DNA of 63,640 nt, the filler included, from Licmophora abbreviata (lineage: Eukaryota): assembly GCA_900291995.1 (NCBI GenBank). It is 31 parts of 31 records of this genome, joined end to end, with 100 filler letters (N's around TTAATTAATTAA, not from the genome) between each part and the next. Parts side by side here need not be neighbours in the genome. Positions count along the whole stretch, not along the records: positions 37,325 to 39,710 come from OLMU01005846.1; positions 39,811 to 42,282 come from OLMU01005850.1; positions 42,383 to 44,034 come from OLMU01005851.1; positions 44,135 to 45,857 come from OLMU01005852.1; positions 45,958 to 48,323 come from OLMU01005853.1; positions 48,424 to 49,572 come from OLMU01005854.1; 25 more parts are not named here. One strand, given 5' to 3'. The notes beneath the pieces were generated by a model. The model was not told the DNA's origin, did no database searches, and was given only the letters and a program-made list of their open reading frames with translations. The position numbers and the translations under genes were made by a program. Position 1 is the stretch's first letter, and every line of letters begins with the position of its first letter. Shown piece after piece: positions 37,796-49,154 of the stretch.

Positions 37796-39126
37796 CTAGC
37801 CGGCCACGGCAGTGAGTTGCCTCGTTTTGACAAAGACTCCAACAAGCGAGGCCGTTTGAATCGTCTCGTCCGTTCCAGAGGCAAGGCGATGTTCCACTCC
37901 ACTCATTCCGTCCAACAGATTCGCCAAGACTGGCGATGGCAAATCCAGAGCCGTCACCATGATGGTCAAGTCTTGCAGTACATCCGCCAATGCGTATCCC
38001 TTGGTCTTACACATGTGGACAATCTGCTCATTTGCCGTCTGAAACGAATGGTTCAATAGCAAGTCCAACACAGTCTTCATGTCTTGTGGAAGCGGAGCAC
38101 CGCTTGTCAAGTACACCGAACTCTCATCCACCACATCACTCGACATGGTCGTTGACTGCAAGAGATTCAACACGCGTCGCATGTCCCCTCCGGAGAGACG
38201 AAGAATCGCATCAATGCCATCTGGAGTGTACTTGCACTCCTCTTGCTTGGCAACATCCAAGAGTCGTCCTTGAATCTGCTCCACGCTCAATGGGGCAAAG
38301 CGAAAGCGGGTACATCGTGATTGAAGGGCGGGAATGATTTTGCTGACATAGTTGCAAATCATGCAAAAGCGTGCGTTCTTGGTAAACTTTTCCATGACGC
38401 GGCGCAAGGCAAACTGGGCATCCGATGTCATGGCATCCGCCTCATCCAGAATGATAAGCTTGACGCCGGTACGAAAGAGCTGTCGGGTTCCGGCGAACTC
38501 TTTGATTTCATGGCGAACGACCTGGGGTAGTAATAATAAGGAGAGCGGATTATGCAAGCAGATGAGAGACCATCAAATGGATTTCACAGAATTGCTCTTT
38601 GCGAACAAGTCAGTAGCATGCTTACATCAATGCCACGGGCATCACTCGCGTTGAGTTCGAGGGCCATGCTCGAGTAGGAGGAGCCGTACATGCGCTTCGC
38701 AGCAGCCACAATAGTGGACGTCTGTGCAATACGTGAGGATTGGGACGTGAGATGGAAAGTTCATCAACAAAGGACTTTAGTAGTTCCTGCACCACTGCCG
38801 CTTACCTTTCCGGTTCCGGGTGGTCCGTAAAAGAGCAGGTGAGGAAGGTTGTCATTGTCAATCAGCTTGGTCAGGATCGAAATGATGTCGTCATGAGCCA
38901 CAAGATCCTCCAGCCTATGAAAAGTAAGGTATTCGATGTCAAGACACAAAGTAAGACACAAGGTCGCCCCCAGACCGAAAGTCGTCTTTTTCCAGCAGCA
39001 TTGTTGGATTTACCTTTGTGGACGGTACTTTTCGACCCAGGGCAACTGGAGCTCATCGCTACTCTTTTTCTCATCAATTTGCATCGATGCAGCTCCTCCT
39101 GCTTTGTCCATAGATTGTTCTGCCAT
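37796..39126 (-). CDS. RFC5: Replication factor C small subunit (RFC5/yeast Rfc3 type), three introns
   Basis: LPWVEKYRP, LPHLLFYGPPGTGK, LELNASDARGI, KLIILDEADAMT, ALQSRCTRFRF. Confidence 0.93.
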
Positions 39127-39519
39127 CTTTCTTTTGATCTAGAGAGAGTGCACTGCCACTTTAACCGCAACACAGACCAAACTTGGATGCCATGAAGGCA
39201 AGTGTGATCACAGCTGAGTTTTGTTGTAATCCTGTGCCCGGGTGCCCCCCTAGTCGAAAATTCCAGCATTGGCAAGGAACGGGTGACGGCTGGACGCCTC
39301 GCGCGCCAAAAAGCGAAGATGTGTATTAGCGTATTCCAAGAAAATTGTATGTATATAAACTGCCGTTCAGACAGATACAAATAAAGAAACTGAACCGCGC
39401 GTGGATTAATGAGGTACGTTTCGAAGGCGGGCGCCTTATGTCTCCCTCACACAGCACCACCTTCACAAACACCTTCAACGTCGCAAAGGGTGCCGCGGAA
39501 TCATCAAGCAACGAAGGCG

Positions 39520-39710
39520 ATGGCGTTGGCATCTGCGGTACTGCTGCTCTTGACCGTGTCTGCGCTTTTAACTGAAGCGCTGGCTTTCTCACCATGGACC
39601 ACTTTACCCTGGCGAATATGCTCTTCGAGACAATCCTGTTGCTCGGCCTTGGGAGCATCGGGCCCCCGGGGCGAAGCTCGGCGGGCAGGTCGCGAGCGGA
39701 GGACGACGAC
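39520..39710 (+). CDS. N-terminal fragment of a secreted or plastid-targeted protein
   Basis: MALASAVLLLLTVSALLTEALA-FSP leader running into the linker. Confidence 0.55.
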
Positions 39711-40650
39711 NNNNNNNNNNNNNNNNNNNNNNNNNNNNNNNNNNNNNNNNNNNNTTAATTAATTAANNNNNNNNNNNNNNNNNNNNNNNNNNNNNNNNNN
39801 NNNNNNNNNNGCCAACAGCGCGAGCAAGAGGGTCCTCGTGCTCTTCATCATGGTGCGTGGAATCTGTGAGGGGGAAAGTGTGCATTTTGGCGAAAAGCTG
39901 CGCTCTGGAACTTGAAACTCCGCGCGCCCGCGTCTCGCTTATCGCCGAACGTCACACTTGCCGATGCCCGGCACCAAATGTATAAATCAAACAGACGTAC
40001 ATTAATTACGAAAATTCATAGAGTTTACATTCATCATAAATGTTAGCGAGTATCTATTTACACTTATTCAAACGAATACATGAGGCTGAATAGAGGACAG
40101 ATCTACGTCTTCATCAGCCTGTCGTATTGATCGATCATCATCACATCATTATACACTATCAACACGCCAGAAGCAGTCTTCCGAAGTCTAACGCAATGTG
40201 AGCGACGTCGTGCTCGTCCCATGCCAGGTTGCCAAGCGCGTAATATATACACACGCTTACCGGTACATTTCGTGTCATCACAGAGCAGAGATACTTAAAA
40301 CCAATGACGATTTGGTCGTCAAGTCGTCAAGCCGTCGCAACGGAACGCTTCATCGGCGCCAGCAAACTCCTCGCAAGAATCGGTGCTTAAGGGTTGTAGC
40401 TCACTCTCCAATACATCCAGGAGGCAGTACACCGGAAACTGGTCTTCGCACCTTGCTTCCTACAAACCACACGCTTGAGACGGAAGGCAGTGCCACGTTT
40501 GGTTTGAAAGTCTGTAAGGAAGCTGTTTCCTCTCATTCTAAATTGTCGCGCTATTTCAATATCATCTTTTGTGAAGGTAGAATATAGAACCAGTCCGTTC
40601 TTCGAAATGAGATGCGCCCCGTGCAGTACGAGGAGGACACGGCTATAGAT

Positions 40651-40869
40651 CTATTCTGGTTTGTGCTCCCGGTGGGAAAGTAAGCCTTGGTTTTCGTGGT
40701 GACGAACTCTCTTCAAGTGGCGATTCATGTGGAAGCGGCTCACGTGAGAATCGCCACGCGTCGACTCTTCGCCCTTCCGTTGCGCGACGACTTGCGTACG
40801 GACAAGCAAGGCCCTAGTCCTTGCCACTATGGTAAGCAGGGCTTCGTAGAAGAGCATAGTGTTCGCCAT
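40651..40869 (-). CDS. Small putative secreted peptide, possibly a divergent member of the QVRG/RxL family
   Basis: Weak hydrophobic leader, then AQRKG...SHVSRFHMNRHL; only a loose match to the family. Confidence 0.3.
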   Translation of the reverse strand: MANTMLFYEALLTIVARTRALLVRTQVVAQRKGEESTRGDSHVSRFHMNRHLKRVRHHENQGLLSHREHKPE

Positions 40870-41509
40870 CCTCGCGGAAATATGCTTGGCGATGAGCGAT
40901 GATGGCGACGCCAGGGACATTCCATGCCAATTTCTTGGAAAAACAATGATACTCGCAGATGCGGTGCAGAGGGGCAACGATAACTCTATGGTACCTAGTA
41001 TCACATACCACTTCGTATTGACCTCCACACGATTCGTGCTCTTGTTGACTACATGAAGCTCAGCAGGTGCGGGAGGACAGAATGGTGGAGTCGACCGCGA
41101 ACATACGGCTCCGTTGGCAAGAGGGTGAAGCAGAAGTTGTGAATGGAGTGCAAGAAGCTGCTCTGCGGCAAGGCCAGAGCATATTCAACGTGAGCGATTG
41201 CCACAGTACTACCACCGCAATGACGGAGCTCATTTTACGCGGTACCCGGTTATTTGATGGCGTGTTAGTGGCATTTGTATGGACGGGCGGGACTATTTTC
41301 GTTTGTACGTATTTTTCTTTATCTATACTTGCTAATTACTTCGTAATATCTATCGATTGGGTCCACAAGACCCGTTAATGATGAGCCACAGACGCCACAG
41401 TCCCATTGCAACAAGTAACAATTACTTCAGAACTTCCTACGGTCTTCGGAGATCGCCTTTTCCCCTTGTCATGCTGCGAGGATAGTGTGTCCTCAGTCCT
41501 CGCAGCTAT

Positions 41510-41824
41510 TTAGGCTTGGCCGGCGCGGTGACTAGTGCGGCGACGTTGCCTCTTGCCATTAACGTTCGCTCCCGGAGCGCTTGTCGTAAGTGATGTACCA
41601 CCAACTTTCGCTTCTCCATCCTCACCACCTTTGTTCCCCTTTTCGTCGAATCCGGTGAAGGCGTCTTCGATGGGTTGGTATTCCAACTCCCGACGAATGT
41701 GCCCTCGGCGCATACGTGTCGCATAAGTTGAGCTCCTATCGATTGGGCCTCGAACCTGACCATGGGACAAGGCGACTGCTACAAAAGCAAGCAACGAACA
41801 GAAGATGGCTTTCGTGGTTTTCAT
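41510..41824 (-). CDS. Small secreted protein, QVRG...TYATRM...RxL family
   Basis: MKTTKAIFCSLLAFVAVALSHG|QVRGPIDRSSTYATRMRRGHIRREL|... Confidence 0.75.
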   Translation of the reverse strand: MKTTKAIFCSLLAFVAVALSHGQVRGPIDRSSTYATRMRRGHIRRELEYQPIEDAFTGFDEKGNKGGEDGEAKVGGTSLTTSAPGANVNGKRQRRRTSHRAGQA

Positions 41825-42382
41825 GTTGGCGGCTATGTGAGTGCACAATCGGCGAAAAAGTGAGCGGAGCAATTCGGAGGTGGCAATTTTCAGTCTCAAA
41901 ATCGCCAACAGCGGAAACGGAAAAGGCGATGCCTGGGATTCAGAGCAGTCTTCATAGTCTTTGATCGCTGTAATCTAAAATCGGCGATAGAGTACTAAGA
42001 AAATAATTTACTTAACACAAGTATACTTGTATGATACAAAATTAGTATAATTGAACTTGATGTCTGAATTCACATAAAACATGTTTCAGGGGATTGAACG
42101 TGACTATGAGAAGGTCCATGCCCCACGCCGCCTGTCTCTTGCTTCTGGTCTATTGAACTGGACACAGACATGCTGTTGTTCACGTCAAAGTATGAGCCGT
42201 ATGAGCTGCCGAAAATTTTCCGAAAGTCAAAAAATACTAACGCAGCGTGAGGATCATCCTCGATACATCAGCCGTTGTCATGNNNNNNNNNNNNNNNNNN
42301 NNNNNNNNNNNNNNNNNNNNNNNNNNTTAATTAATTAANNNNNNNNNNNNNNNNNNNNNNNNNNNNNNNNNNNNNNNNNNNN

Positions 42383-42840
42383 CAAGACAATGAGAGATTT
42401 GTTCATTCGCAGTGTGGACATACCGGTACGGAGAACGAGTCAAGGCGTTACTTTGTAAATCATCACACTATTCACTTCTGATATTGTAAAAATAGACGAG
42501 GCTACATTTGGACACTAGACCTAGCTAGAGCACGGTAAGATAATGCCTGCACGGAATGAGTAGGGCTTACCGTGATGTGAGAGTGACGGAAGGGGGATAG
42601 TAGCGAGGCGTAACGAGCGCGGCATCAAGCTTAGGCATGCGAAATATACACTGTTATCGATCGAATGGATGAATGCAGTCTTGCGTGTGGAGCAAAAGTT
42701 TGTGGCGTTCGCTTTTCCACTATGAGGCAAGACAATGAGAGATTTGTTCATTCGCAGTGTGGACATACCGGTACGGAGAACGAGTCAAGGCGTTACTTTG
42801 TAAATCATCACACTATTCACTTCTGATATTGTAAAAATAG
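42383..42840. repeat. Direct repeat: 113 nt at 42383-42495 and 42728-42840 (period 345 nt; first copy truncated by contig start)
   Basis: CAAGACAATGAGAG...GTAAAAATAG occurs twice and reads identically. Confidence 0.92.
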
Positions 42841-43030
42841 GTACTATCGAGGGATCACCATCGTCAATCGACACACAACACAACACAACACAGAACCGAC
42901 AGGGATCTGCTGAAGTACCATACAATATTCAAGGCCTCTCTTGGATGTCATTATCCATTCTGGACGCCACAAAGACACACCACAACTTGATAGATGGTCT
43001 AAAGACCGATTTCTGTCATGGGTGCGCCTA

Positions 43031-43585
43031 TTACTTTGACTTTTTCGATGCCTTCGATGCCTTCGATGCCTTGGACTCCTTGGACGCCTTTGATGCTTTG
43101 GAAGCCTTGGAAGCCTTGGAAGCCTTGGATGACTTGGACTCCTTGGATGCCTTCGATGCTTTGGAAGCCTTCGATGCCTTGGACGCCTTGGATGCCTTTG
43201 ACTCTTTGGACGCCTTGGAAGCCTTGGAAGCCTTGGACGCCTTTGAAGCCTTTGATGCCTTCGAGGCCTTCGAAGACTTCGGTGCTTTCGTTGCTTTTGG
43301 TGCTTTCGTTGCCTTCGGTGCCTTCGTTGCTTTCGGCGCTTTCGATGCTTTCGGTGCCTTTGTGCCCTTCTTTCCTGACGGTGACAGGGTGTAAGTGGCA
43401 ACATAGGCTTCCATGTCTAACGCAGAGGTGTCATCAGAGGAGTCCAGCAGTTTACGATCTCGATCATGGCGCATGCGAGTGGCATATGTGGAGCCTCCGC
43501 CCTCACCTCCACGAACCTGAGCATGTGACCTAGTGGCGGCAACAATGCCAAGCAGGACGATAGAGAAAGCGGTAGAGACCTTCAT
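43031..43585 (-). CDS. Silaffin-like secreted Lys/Ser/Ala-rich protein
   Basis: Signal peptide, QVRG...TYATRM...RKL pro-peptide, short acidic segment, then over 100 aa of K-x-x repeats (KAP/KAT/KAS/KES/KSS) forming continuous KxxK motifs. Confidence 0.85.
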   Translation of the reverse strand: MKVSTAFSIVLLGIVAATRSHAQVRGGEGGGSTYATRMRHDRDRKLLDSSDDTSALDMEAYVATYTLSPSGKKGTKAPKASKAPKATKAPKATKAPKATKAPKSSKASKASKASKASKASKASKASKESKASKASKASKASKASKASKESKSSKASKASKASKASKASKESKASKASKASKKSK

Positions 43586-44134
43586 GTTGAGGTGCCGATC
43601 AAATCAAATTGTGAGAATTGTGTTGCCTTTCTCCAATATTGTGTCGTGTGGAAGAGGTGGGGTGAATTTTTAATTTTTGTCTGGCTGAAGCGTTGGGTCT
43701 TGATATATTTTTCGCGGGACAGCAATGAACGTGTCTGAAGGATGATATAGGCCGCGGAGTCAGATCGGTTAAACGGGAAAAGTATCTTTCCGGTACTCAG
43801 CAGCTAACCAAATAACGATTCAGCAGAAGTCAGTGCCGGAGGTCTGAGAATAAATCCCACCATTTTTTCGCTTCTACCCCAAAAAATCGACGATTCGTAC
43901 GCCCAACCGTTATCAGGTCAAAACACTGACGCGACTCGACTCACGCTGCAACGTAAGTTACAGGCCCACCAGTTAATAAAAATAATAACTCATTGATTAG
44001 TCAGCACGTAATACGCTTATCAGGTATGTGTACTNNNNNNNNNNNNNNNNNNNNNNNNNNNNNNNNNNNNNNNNNNNNTTAATTAATTAANNNNNNNNNN
44101 NNNNNNNNNNNNNNNNNNNNNNNNNNNNNNNNNN

Positions 44135-44695
44135 CAAACGAGAGAAACAATCACCGTCTTCCGGCGTACAGAATTTCGTTCGGTTGTAGACGAAAGTCCG
44201 GATGTACTTCTTGTCCTGTATGACTTTGTTAATGAAAGCCGAAAGCACCCTATCCTTGGGATCCCGCACAAAGATGGCCCTGGTGTATTCTGGAGAGTTC
44301 ATCATCTCTGTCGCTCTGCTAATATTGTATTCATTGAGATATCTGATGCCATTCGTCTTCGGGTTGTGTGGCATGCTCGAATGCCAATCCTCGTACCCCA
44401 TCATGCGTCGAAATAACTTCTTCCAATTTGTTGTGCCCACTTTCGGCACTTCCACAAAAATGAGCTTGTGGCTTTCCACGACCATTGGAGCGGTCCAAAC
44501 GTCTTGATAGACAAAGTCGGATGAATCGACAGAAGTAGTAGTAGTCTGGCGATGATGATCATTCCGATCGTTTACTGCACGTAGACTCAGTAGACTCGCA
44601 ATTGTGTTTGCCAACAGCGCTGCCAGGAGAAGAAACAACGTGATCAAGAACGACCAAGTGCCATGCACCTTCTTGGGTCGGAATGAACGAAGCAT
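44135..44695 (-). CDS. Golgi-type carbohydrate sulfotransferase (Sulfotransfer_2), 3' partial
   Basis: N-terminal TM; LIFVEVPKVGTTNWK (5'-PSB) and IFVRDPKDRVLSAF (3'-PB). Confidence 0.9.
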
Positions 44696-45258
44696 GTCTC
44701 AACTGACTCGACTCGGGGCGACGACGATGCGATCGTCGCAGAAATCAAAGTGAAAGAAGGAAGAGGGGACAGCACAAGTGTTGCCGAGTTCAGGTCAGTT
44801 GACGAAAATCCAACGCATACCAGATTCACAGAGCTCGCCAAAAACAAGAGCGAGGTCGGAAAGATGCCCTCGCATTTGGCGCGACCAACACTTACATATT
44901 TAAGTATTAATTCGCAGAAAGAGAAAAGAGCCTGTCGGACTTGATCGAATCATTGGACTCAGTTCTCGGGATATTTCGATATTTCATATTTCTCTTTTCG
45001 AAAAAATGGAGGGACTCGATTGATTCCATTCATTCATTCGCGCCTGCACCCGACGGTCATGGCTTGAAGCACAGGACGATCATAGATATCTGGTATCGGC
45101 ATCGCGAACGCAGCCAATTCCTACGTTATGGTATCATACCTACCGTACAGACTAGCCACGCGTGTGGTTCCTAAGCAGTTCTGCGTCAAATTTATTCACC
45201 AGTAGGAGTCAGTTGCGTCGCAACATTCTCATGTTGCTTATCTATAACTCTCTTCTGT

Positions 45259-45857
45259 CTATTGTTGTCGTATTAATTGTAGCTGATCTCTTGGAACGCC
45301 CTTTCGCTCCGACACTGGGCCTTTCTGAAACTCAACGTCGTAGACAACCATCTGGTAGGAGCTCGCGGTCACGACGCCCGGCCGATAGTCAACGTCCCAG
45401 AGTGCCAGAACTCGCTGCCCTGGCATAAGTTGGGAGAGCGTTTCCTCTACTACCAATATTTCATTTCGGGCGACTTCGAGTAACACATTGCCGTCATCGT
45501 CGTCTTCACATTGAATATCGAACGCACTTTCTGTTTGATGCGGGTGTTGGACGATGCCTTTCACAGTAGCTTGACAAAAGTCGTCTTGACTTTCTCGGTA
45601 CACGACAACAGCCTGGCCGATGGATAGTTCTGAGAACGTGTGTTTGTCTGAAATCTCATGACGCCGCAATGGCCATTCGGCGCCGCTCTCTTCCTCGTCA
45701 TCATCGGAAGTATCAAACACAACATAGAACCGATCCACTTGGTACATACGCGTGACGGTTGCCGGATGGGACACTATGGCACCATCCATAGCGTATGCGT
45801 AGACTCGTTCTCCAACCGAAAGATTGGCGTCGTTTGCTGTCGGCGCTGTTCGTATTC
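45259..45857 (-). CDS. Three tandem Tudor/Agenet-like repeats; probably the C-terminus of the adjacent aminopropyltransferase fusion
   Basis: Frame open to the linker; LSVGERVYA..HPATVT..FYVVFD / LSIGQAVVV..QATVKG..FDIQCED / LMPGQRVLALW..YRPGVVT..YDVEF..KGVPRDQL. Confidence 0.7.
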
Positions 45858-45957
45858 NNNNNNNNNNNNNNNNNNNNNNNNNNNNNNNNNNNNNNNNNNN
45901 NTTAATTAATTAANNNNNNNNNNNNNNNNNNNNNNNNNNNNNNNNNNNNNNNNNNNN

Positions 45958-48323
45958 TCTCATCCACTTGTACTCGTAGGGAAAGGTCACGTTGAAAGTT
46001 CACCACGCGCCCAATTCCTCGAGGCTGTTCATCGACGAGCGCCACTGTCAGGGTGTCTTGGGGGAACTGCGATGTAAGGATATCCAGAAAAAAGCCGGGT
46101 AGCTCAAAGCTCTCATTGTCATTGGCAAACCAATTCACGTCGATGTGATTCCTACCATCCCACAAGACGAGGAAGCTCCCTCCGGACCATGGGGTTACAA
46201 TCACGCACCCGTCACTGCCCGCGTCGGTGCTTATCTTTGGTGATGCGTCAGCAAGTTCTTCTGAATCCATGAGAGAGAGGGCGACCTCCACGAAGCTCAT
46301 CATGGAATCCAGTGAAAGATGCACCGATGCGGCTACCTCGAGCTGCATCAACACATGATAGGCCAGTGGCTGTTGAGAAAACCATTGACTCAGGGCAGGT
46401 TGCTGATCGTAGTGCTCGGGACCGAAAAAGTACTCCCATTCCCAGTCGGGGTCCTCCACGAACTGCCCGCCTTTGATCATTCGAACTTCAGAATCGATTT
46501 TCGTCGTTTCGTCTTGTTCTATGCGTGCCACTAGCTCAAGCAGTCGACCGACGAAGTTGTCATCTACAGATGTAGACACACCAAGCTCCATGCGGCCTCC
46601 TTCTGTAGTGTTGAAGAGGACCTCTGTTCGGAAATTCGGGTCGTTCACAATGATGGTGCTTCTGAATCTCTCCATCAAGTTCCGACGCCATGATTCGTCT
46701 TCTTCTTCTTCTTCGTCGTCGTCGTCCTCATGTATTAACGAGAGGACAAGCAAATCATCCTCCAACAGACCGACCTGATCCGATAGAATTATCTCATACG
46801 CGATTCGACCGATGGCGTAGGATGCACTCGAGTCAATGACCAGCGCACGGATCTTTTGCTTGTTTGATGCGTGAAAGGCATCCAGACTGTCACCAAGCTC
46901 TAGCTCGCAAGCCGCCATGCGCTCTGTGAAGCCTTGAGAATACTCGTTTGAGTCCGTCGAGAGCCCCGAACACGTCCAAAGGGGCAACACTTTCGCATCT
47001 CCCTTGGCCTTCTTCAACGCGTTTACTCCCTGGCAGGGCTTCCCCTTCTCGCCACAAAGCACGACTGCCACGTACGGATCGGTACCCCCAATCAACTTGT
47101 TGGCGCACTCTTTGAGGATCAAAGTTTCGACGGTCTGCTTCTTCGTGTTAGTAGTAGATGCTCGAGATCCCTCTGTGGGCTCCTCTGCAGTGCAAGGATC
47201 CGTCGCACGGGGGCCTCGCTTCATTTCATCTTCCTTCCATGTCTCTGTCCCGTACATGCCCCCCGCTACGATGCGGTAGGATGACGTGAACCTCCCGATG
47301 GCCCGACCACCGATGGCTTCCACAATAGCGTTCCGCGCCGCATCGTGCTTCTCAAAGGCACTCCAAAGATGAATATCGATTGCGGCGTACCTGTGCTCAG
47401 GCCACGTTCGAACATTGACGTATCCTTCCTGTAGAATCACTGTCACCGTAGGTTTCTCGTGGACCGTTGTCTCCATTCGACTCAATGTGTGGAAGCCTTC
47501 CTCCGCCAAAGTTGTCTCGACGGTCAATAGAAGCGCAGCGGAGTCCTTCAGATTGCCCTTGATGTCCTCTGCCTCGACAATCATCAGGACACCAGGGCTG
47601 CTCGTCTGGTTCTTTGCAGACTCTTCCTCCTGTGCGAACGCGTCATCGGCTCTACAGTGCCGTTGTGCAGTCGTATTGTGGCGATAGTCGTGAACGTACT
47701 CGTATGGATCTTCAATTGACGATAACGGCTGGATGTAGAGAGTGTCAAGCTCATGATCCCTCATCTGATCGTTGAGAAAGTCAATACGGTTGCTTCCGAG
47801 ATTCATGCATTGGGAACACACGACAGGAACGCTGGGATAGTTGATTTGAAGACTGCGGTATAGAAAACAAGAGGACAAGACTTCTGTGTCAGACTGTGTT
47901 ATCAATCAGACACGAGCTGCAACGGAACACTTTCGCACGTACCTGTACTGAAAAAGTTCGCTGAACTTGTCCATGTAGAGTTCGTTCTTAACAAAGATGC
48001 CGTCAGGCTTGAGCAAAAGCGACAGAGCCTGCAGAATGTCCAATTCGCTCGTCACGCTGAGCGACATTACCGTCTCCGACAGATCCACGAGAACCATATC
48101 AAATGATCCAAAGTAGTCAGCGGGGAGCATCAAGAGACTCTTGGCCGCATCGCCGTACCACCACTCAACTTTCTCGTTGTCAAAGTGCGGCTGCGTACCC
48201 ATGTGTAGGAAGCTGTACCGCGTAATGGTTTGGTCAAGCTCAAGACCAACAGCGAGCTCGATGGAAGGGTACTTGAGTATCTCATGGAGAAGCATGGAGT
48301 CTCCTCCACCGACCCACAGCACG
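45958..48323 (-). CDS. Aminopropyltransferase (spermidine/spermine synthase-like) + two degenerate AdoMetDC-like folds (module A); intron 47853-47942; partial at both ends
   Basis: VLWVGGGDSMLLHE, LELD, YGDA, FDMVLVD; ILQEGYVNVRTWPEHRYAAIDIHLW resembles SpeD ESHxSIHTWPE..YAAVD; ends DEQPRGIGRVVNF. Confidence 0.88.
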
Positions 48324-48423
48324 NNNNNNNNNNNNNNNNNNNNNNNNNNNNNNNNNNNNNNNNNNNNTTAATTAATTAANNNNNNNNNNNNNNNNNNNNN
48401 NNNNNNNNNNNNNNNNNNNNNNN

Positions 48424-48560
48424 CTGCCCATAGCGTGCTCGTCGTCGGTGGCTGAGACGAACATCGAAATTAGGCTCATCACCAAAACAGCTCTCATCAG
48501 GCACCATCTTCTAGCATAAGTAGTCGAGGGAAATTGGTCAAATTTGCGTCGCTTCATCAT
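48424..48560 (-). CDS. N-terminal signal/anchor fragment, likely start of the module A gene
   Basis: MMKRRKF...WCLMRAVLVMSLISMFVSA-TDDE runs into the linker on the same strand as module A. Confidence 0.55.
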
Positions 48561-48947
48561 TGCAATCTACTTCTCTACCATATACTTTCAAAAACACCGC
48601 AAAAGATTACATTCAGGGGACACTTCATGTCGACGCCGACATTCAATCTCGCCGAGCGTTGGTGATCAAAATCTTTCGCCTGGCATGCAGATCCCCGAAC
48701 ACCAACATGACTACTTGTACTCCGTGCATGACGTTGTATATCAATATTTCGATATGTGTCCTTCGCAACGGATAGTTTGGCATCGCTGGTGAAATTAACA
48801 AATATATAGTCACTAGTACAATTGAAATGATATACGCGTCGGGCGATACTCTGGCGATGCCATTCTGAGAAAGAGACGTTGCATCCTCACACTGACATCT
48901 CGCCATTGCATTCGTCGCAAAATAAGTTCTACTTGCCCATGCACCTC

Positions 48948-49154
48948 ATGTCCATCACAAAGACCTTTTTTGTCTTTCTCTTGATTGCCGTCCTCGTTAG
49001 CCTGTCGGATGCACAGGTGCGTGGCAGTAGTAGTGGTGGAGAAACCTATGCCACACGCATGCAAAAAAGGGGAAGCAGCTCTTCGACGCGCCGACAGCTC
49101 AAGTCTACGAAAGCTCCAAAGGCTAGTAGGCGGCGTGCGCGAAAGGAATATTGA
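48948..49154 (+). CDS. Small secreted protein, QVRG...TYATRM...RxL family, with short KxxK mature peptide
   Basis: MSITKTFFVFLLIAVLVSLSDA|QVRGSSSGGETYATRMQKRGSSSSTRRQL|KSTKAPKASRRRARKEY. Confidence 0.8.
   Translation: MSITKTFFVFLLIAVLVSLSDAQVRGSSSGGETYATRMQKRGSSSSTRRQLKSTKAPKASRRRARKEY

Noticed and set aside
42945..43533. Plus-strand DAL/EAL and PWK/PWM repeat ORFs and the minus-strand Arg/Pro-rich ORF 42844-43404
   Set aside because: Shadow frames of the 9-nt KAS repeat; only the 43585 frame has ATG, signal peptide and the family pro-peptide.
47300..47460. Active S-adenosylmethionine decarboxylase
   Set aside because: The self-cleavage Ser (ES-H) is replaced by EG-Y in both visible copies; called AdoMetDC-like only.
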